Shown here: one piece after another, positions 57,280 to 64,000 of the stretch | Numbering within the stretch: the first letter of the stretch is position 1 | Layout: each line of letters begins with the position of its first letter | Assembly (NCBI GenBank): GCA_008632985.1 | Contig: QPGO01000112.1 | Span: 124,001-188,000, forward strand | Reading direction: 5' to 3' | DNA length: 64,000 nt | Source of the DNA: Psammoneis japonica | Taxonomy: Eukaryota | Translations under genes and position numbers: made by a program | The notes under the pieces: generated by a model | The model's database searches: none | What the model saw: the letters and a program-made list of their open reading frames with translations, nothing else | Told to the model about the DNA's origin: nothing

Positions 57280-58050
57280 CACTTCAGTTGGTTGCCCCAC
57301 CACAGAGAATCAAGACACAGCACATGCTTCTGCCACACAGTGGAACTCTTCCACTTGACTTCTCCCCAACAAGGGACAATGACCAAAATCGCATTGAACC
57401 CCATGATTCGATGAGTTGGTTGGTCGCGACCAACTGGCTCGTCATCGGTTGCCCCACCATGCCACACAGCAAATCAAGGCACAGCATGTGCCTCTGGTTG
57501 GACAGCGAAGCACTTCCTCTTGTCGTCTTCTCCACAATGATGCAAGATTGCATCTTGCAACATTGTGCCACTTTGCCCAGAAGGGGGGTTGAGACTAAAA
57601 GAAAGGCTTGCAACATTGTGGGCTGCCACTTTTCCAGAAGTGAGATCTAAACCTGGGGAACCGCTGTGTGCCCAATTGCCAATGACAAAGCACACCAAAC
57701 CAACTCGAGTTGATCATGTGGCAAATTCTTCAGTCCCCTCAAATCAAGTCGATGAATTGGACAATGAGTCGGCTTGACCCAATTTGCTCTCCGGCCGCAT
57801 TTGGTCACTCTCTGGCGTGACAAGGAAACTCTAGTGACCTGCAACAAACCCCATGGGCAAAAGGGAGCTAGGTGTGACAGACGATCAGTCTTCACAGATG
57901 TCGTGGAGGAGAAGCACCCGCCCCCACAAGCCCACCTCGCTTCATGCCACCACACATGATCTTAGTTGCGAGATCCACTGGATTGCGTTCCGAGCGGATT
58001 TGTCCAGAGTGAGTGACTCACCCATTTTGCCACCGACTCTCGCACAGCGT
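57280..58050. repeat. Short TA-depleted, probably repeat-derived insert
   Basis: Few TA relative to flanks; internal repeat aatcaag.cacagca..tgc at ~57310 and ~57472. Confidence 0.4.
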
Positions 58051-58744
58051 GGCAGCAAATGGAGTTACTTCTACTTTGAGTGTTCAGTTCATTAAACCTC
58101 ACAAACATGAGTGTAACAAACTTAAACATTTGTGCACGGCACTGTGCATGTGGGATAACAAGCTTCTTTTCGGTGTGCCCGCGCGCTGGAGTCTGTGAAG
58201 TCGCTCGCTCGCGCGTAATTTTTTGGAAAAGAGCATGGAGCCAAATCGGATAAAGTGATTTGTGACCACAATCTAAAAAATCGGGCATCGGGCAACAATG
58301 ACAGAGACGCTCAGCGCACCGCCGTTTCCAAAAGCATAAGAGCTAATTGGGCTGCACTCTAGTCGAAAGCAACTCTTTGACGCATAAGTGAACTCAGTAT
58401 AGTACTCTCTCTATAGGATAGCGAAGTAAACGAACAAATAAGCAACAGAAAATGCAGACGGGAATTCCAGACGTGAGAGGAACGGCGCAGGAGCTGTTCA
58501 ACAACGTTTGCCAGTTTGTACAGGAGATGAAGTCTTCTCTGGAACTCCCTTCGTTTTCTGAGTATGGGTCTCATATCAACGGCGGCTCTTGATGTCGTCG
58601 CTGCAAGCAAGAGCGTCAGCTACGCCGCATACATGACGTTTCGCCCGATAATTTTGTTCTGGCGTTTTTATCAGGCAAACTCTGGATCGTCTTTCGATTC
58701 CTTGCCATTCAGCTGTTTGGTCAATTATATATCTCGTTGAAAAC

Positions 58745-60563
58745 ATGGATATCGACAGTTGAAAGTAGGGGCTGTCATGTTTGTCTCGTGGCAACGGTCT
58801 CTCTCCAGAGCTGCGTTGGGATTGGAGATCTGCGTTCTCGGATTGATTACGTTGTGCTTTCTATTGAGGCGCTGGATCATACAAAATAGATATGTTGAAC
58901 GAACGACTCAGTGGTACAAAGGCCGGAAGCGTGCCGTCAGAAAGGTAAGTATTGATTGGTGTGGTTGCTGTTTTTTTTTGTGTAATGGCAGATGGCAGAC
59001 CACCTCTCAAATAATTTCATGTCTTCTCATCTCTCCATACCTACACTATAGAAATACAATCGGCTGGTCCGTCGCATATCGCATACGTCTCTCTTTTTGG
59101 CCATGCTGCTTCCCCATGCTATCTTTTTGACAGGAGCTGTCTGTTTCAAGTTCCTACTACCTCAAGTCGTCACATGGCTAGTAAACGACACGCCTGCTAC
59201 TTCTGCCTTGTCCTTGTGGTATCCGTTTGTAGCAACCTCTTCTCTTCTTCGAAAGTGTCGTGCGCAGCAACGGCAGATTACCAATAATGAAGCGGATGCA
59301 CCTCCCAGGCAATCCCAACGAAGCGGAACAGGAACGGGTCTCTACCCGAGAACAACGCCCAGAAATGGCACCTCTCAGTCATTACAAGAACAGGACCGCC
59401 CCTCAGCCGCACAAAGACATTGGCGTCGTGCAAGAGCCGCTTTTCAAAATGCCATGACTTTGATTTAGTCGAGTGTGCCGAATATTGGCTACAGTACTGG
59501 GTAGTGTATTCGCTCGTGTCGTCGACAAGTCATGTCTTGGTCCTCATTCCCATTGTGGGGCGGATCCTCTCACGCCTTTCCGCGGTTGCGGGGATTCTGC
59601 CGCAGCTAGAGTTTCTATTCTACTTGTGGATAAATGTGGTTCCTCTCATGGTGTCAGGTGATAGTGCCGCCAATGCTTTGGAACGTGAAAACCGACCTTT
59701 GCAACTTCTCTACCAGAGAATTGCGCCACTTGCTGAAGCACTTGTAAACTCCATCAGCCACGCCATCCCGGCACCGTTATGGGAAAGAGCGGTATCTACC
59801 ACGGGTTCTGTTCTGGCGTCTTTGTCATGCTCAAGATCTTTTCCTCTGACACACGAGACAGAATTCTCCATATCGTGGAAAATAGTGCGCCATTCTTGCC
59901 ACCCGGCATTACACTCTTCATGCCATCATTCATTACGGCGTTTGGTGTGGTCTATTGCAAGTCTGTAGTCCCATCGCACGATCGATACACGCTTTGGAGT
60001 CATCTGCCAACAGGAACAACAATGATGCCGTCGTTTCCGTGCTGGAATACTGGGTGTTACATTGCGTGCTTGCTTGGTTTTTGCGTAGGTTGTCAGGCAT
60101 TTTGTGGTGGATACCTTTTTCTACCCACGCTACCCTTTGCGTCTGGTGTCTATTGCAAATGCCCCAGACAACCGCGGCGTGGTACGACAAGTGGGAAGAA
60201 GAACTTATTAGCTTTGGTTTGATGGCGCGGCACGATGGTAGTAGCGATGTTGAAGTCGAGAAGACCATCACAGCGAAATTTGTACGATACCTGTTGACCA
60301 AGTTGCCTTCTGCATCAGCCAAGGACGGGATTGAACAAAACGGAGTTTCGGGAGTAAGCTTGACGGAGGGGGGGCGGGGATGGAAACGGGTGGCAACATT
60401 GGAGGGATGCAGCAAGCTTGCGTACATTAGGTACGGTATGGATGGTTCACTCTTCGATACACGTAGTCTGCCAACTGGTGTCGGACTTCCTGAAGCAACA
60501 ATGATTCTCATCTTGGTAACACCGCATCTACCGCATCTCAGTGTTTGGGAGAAATCTAGCTAG
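58745..60563 (+). CDS. Membrane protein with two TB2/DP1/HVA22 (REEP/Yop1)-like domains; intron ~58944-59050; several frameshifts
   Basis: EYWLQYWVVYSLV...LEFLFYLWI and VLEYWVLHCVL...ILWWIPFS....VWCLLQMPQT; gtaagt donor at 58944. 3' end uncertain. Confidence 0.65.
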
Positions 60564-60789
60564 ATGTGCAAAGAACATGGATGTAGCGCTTAAAGCTTCT
60601 TTTTCGGGGACAACCCCATTATGTCCTCTAACCATTCGCTTTTGACGAGACTCTTGCTAGAGCCACACGGCCAATCCTTTACGCTCTCTTCAGCTACAAC
60701 CCGTGGTTTGATTCAGGGGTGCTGCCACTCACATCTGGGTTGTAAATCAAGTCTTCCGTGCAAGACTTTTGCAATTTCTGTCTCTAAGA

Positions 60790-63700
60790 CTTTGCTTTGC
60801 ATCCTAAAAGTTCCATTTTGCATTGCGACATGCAGAGTGGCTGTTTGCAGGCATCGCAACTGGTGTTCTGAAACAGTGCTGGTCCGGTTGCTGAGCCCAT
60901 TGTGACCCTTGTCATGTCACTTTGCTTCTTGATCAGCAACAGCAAAATCTTGTGGCATGTGTTTCTCATAATTGCCACATTGCTTGTGCAGCAATGCCCA
61001 CATCTTTCTGCTTGAGTGTTTTGGACAATTCCACATTGAGCTGGTGATGGCAACAAGTGGATTCAAGTTCACCATTTCTGCAATGCTGGCAACAAGAAAT
61101 GTGTGCAAAATGATTTGTGCACAGCCATCTGTCTTCCTGGGGGCAGCTGTGGATTTCACTGTGCTTTGCATTGCAGCCAATTAAAAACTCTGAGTGAACA
61201 ACAAATGCCCCATGATCAAATGCATTGGTGCAGCACTCTGGCAATTTGTTGCAACCGTGCCTGTCAAGGAGGGGACAAATGCAAAAGTGAGCAAGGAAGA
61301 TGCAATTGTGATCAGTGGCACAACAGCAAAGAAAAAAGCATTGTGCCCACCAAATGAGAAGAAGAGCCCTTTTGAAACAGTTTTGAGTTAAAAAGAAATC
61401 AATGTGCAGGCACAGTTGAAAACATTTGGATTGCAAATGAGGCCCAGTGTGACAATGAGCAGCATGTGAAAAACCAAGAGTGGAGCTCTTGGTCGCCACA
61501 CACAACTTGCCACCACCAGCCTCTTTGTTGTCATGCTGGGGCAGTGCATCACATTTTGTTGGAGGTGTGTCATTGTTTTTGTGAGGGGCAAGAGATGTGA
61601 AGTCCAAGAAGGAAAAGCATGTGAGAAGTTGCAAATGAGAACCTTTTCTGCTGGTGTCAGCTCCTTGCACATTCTGCACAGCTGCCAAAACCACACCAAT
61701 GTCTGCAACTGGCTTGAATTTGTCATTGATCTCACAGCTGAAGGGCCAATGCAGTGACATCAAATCAAACCAAGGATTTGTGCTGAGCATTGAGCTCATG
61801 ACTTGCACTCCAAAAACAGCCGCATTGATGCACTGCCAAAATTGCCAGAAACAAGGAAATGTGGCAATGGCAGGTTGCCCTGGCACATCAACTCATTAGA
61901 GACTCCAATGCATCGCAGGAGTGACCACCCAAGTTTGCATTGAAAACGCTCAAGGGCGGTGTCGAAACGCTCATGCAAAAGAGGTTTGGTTGCGCAGGGA
62001 GGTTTCAGAGGCACTGTGCAATGGCAAAGGTCAACACAGGCTCACAACCTGTTAGAGACTCCAATGTGTTGCAGGAGCGACCTCTTCCACTGACACAACT
62101 TGCTTTTTTTGCAGAAATCCAAGATTGCCAGCACCCTCATTTGCTGTGCATGCCTTTGGGCTTCACAATTTTCTGAAAATCTGACTCTGAAATGTCTGTG
62201 GAAATTGAGGTCATGCAGCTGCAGAAGTGCGTGGCAAAAAAGTCATGCTGGCTTCCACTGTGGAAAGCCAGTGCAGAAATCACAGCAGGTTTTCTGCTGG
62301 CAGGCAGAAAGCTTGGCCCAGGAGTCATGATCCAGCACCAGCACCCAATGGAAAACTGCAAAAAATGCAAAATCATGCTGGGTTGATGACAAAAGGTGGT
62401 GTTTTCCAGATTTTGGGGATCTTGCCCAGCACTGAGTCTCAGCAGCACAGAGTTGTCATGGAGCTGTGCACAGGCATGAGTGGAGCAATTTTCAATGCCT
62501 GGGTGTGATTCCTGATTGCCACCTGAGGTGCACAGACACACTGCAGCACTGTGGCATGCCAGGTGCGATGGCAAGCTCAAACAGTGGCTGACAATGCACA
62601 TCACTCTCAAATGCAATGAGGGGTGACCTGTCTTAGCTGTGAAAAGTGACAATGCCATGGGGCCAAGTGTGCAATGTGCAACAAGGAAAAAAACATTTGC
62701 AACAAACCTCAACTTTTTTTTCACCCACTCAGCTGCCACACCCAAACAAAATTTTCAACCATCACAGAAAATGCCAAGTCAAATGATGAAATTTCTTTGT
62801 TCAAACACATGGTGGTGTGATCTTTTTCAGCCACAAAAAAGTCAAAAACAAGTGCTGCTCCAATTGTTTCTTGTCCCCTCCAGCCCACAAAACACAAAAA
62901 GTTGAGCTGATCTTCATGGATTCCAAATGAAAGCACCTGGCATTCTGTCAGAAACTCTGGCCCTTTGCCCAGCCCTTGCCCTTGGGTTTGGCCTGTGGTG
63001 CACTGGCCCACATTTCACACAGAATTTCTTGGAGTCACCACCACCTCCAGCATGCTCTGCACTTGTTGGGAGCAGCTCCTTGCTGCAAATTGCAAATTCC
63101 AGCTGTGGGTGTGTGGCAGGGTGCTTTCTTGTCACAAAACAGCAGACTTGCAGCAGCTTGATCATTGTCATTTGCACACACATGTGAGGCACTGGAAGGA
63201 CTTGGGTTGCTCAGAGGTTCACTTGACAATCACTGGAGGCTCCTTGTGCAACAGCCTGTCATGCTTCCCAACTCTCCAGTGGCAGCCTGTGCAGTCAATG
63301 AGTGTGCTCAATCTTTTTCTCTTGCAAGCCACAGCAAGGTGTCATGATCAAGACAGTCAACTGCTGACAAGAGAGAGTGAAGCACAGAGGTGGTGTGGTT
63401 CAGGCAACAAGGGAAGTGAAATGCCTTGTGCCTGCTTGTGCACACTTTCATGTGTGTGTGCCACACACAAGGGTTCCTTGTTTTCAGCACAATTGTCACA
63501 CAAAGGCTTGCTGCTGTCTGACTCATGCCAACTTTGTGCGCAGGCCTGTGTGCTGCTGTCATCTGTCTTCTGAGCTGTGCCTCCTTTTTTTTGATGAAGT
63601 GGCAATGTGTTCAGCAAGTTGTGGTGCTTTTGCTGTCATGGTGGCAAGCCTCCTCTGCTGCTCTGTTGTTGTCATCAGAGCCATGCCAGCATCTGCAACA

Positions 63701-64000
63701 AGGAGATGGCGGTGAGTTGTTGTCATCATCAAAGTCACACTGTCTTTTTCTTCTCTTGAGTTGCTGAGTCATGGATGTCCACTGCCTCCCATTTTCCTGG
63801 CACTTCTTCTTTGGCATTTCTTTGTGGCCCATGGCAACAACGACCAGCTCTTTTCTTTCAAATCAGCATGGTGTCTTGTGTGCCTGGGAGGAAGCTCATT
63901 GCACCCACCATCATGCATGACTTGTGGATGAACCAAGTGCACTCAACTTTTTTGTTGTGTTGTTGCTTTTCCTTTTTTCCATTTCTTCTTTTGTCTTTAG
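60790..64000. mobile_element. Heavily decayed repeat-derived DNA (TA- and CG-depleted), runs off the window
   Basis: Near absence of TA and CG, excess TG/CA; no recognisable protein. Confidence 0.6.

Noticed and set aside
50042..60563. 'ABA-response cluster' of AWPM-19-like and HVA22-like genes
   Set aside because: HVA22/REEP/Yop1 is pan-eukaryotic and unrelated genes intervene; likely coincidence.

Overview
Eukaryotic nuclear DNA, most likely from a diatom (GT-AG introns; an ASAF-type bipartite plastid-targeting peptide on Psb27). Host-gene islands (~21-30.7 kb and ~49.8-60.6 kb: psb27, TIM17, TPR protein, EF-hand/TM/Cys-rich protein, lipase-like protein, AWPM-19-like protein, phosphoserine phosphatase, MFS transporter, HVA22/REEP-like protein) alternate with transposon blocks: a Helitron-like element, a piggyBac with a DEDDh exonuclease domain, two related APE-RT-RNase H non-LTR retrotransposons with target-site duplications, and decayed repeats. 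Two things stand out. (1) Repeat DNA, but not host genes, has almost lost the TpA dinucleotide by TA->TG/CA transitions: conserved Tyr codons read Cys/His. This is the opposite direction to fungal RIP and appears separable from CpG decay. (2) Directly upstream of the Helitron Rep-helicase lie three putative chromatin-modifying genes within 3 kb: a SET-domain C-terminus, a TET/JBP-like 2OG-Fe(II) dioxygenase and a DOT1-like methyltransferase. Many single-base deletions, even in TIM17, point to long-read assembly errors, so frameshifts are not good evidence of pseudogenisation. Family calls come from motif recognition by eye and counts are manual approximations; no searches were run.
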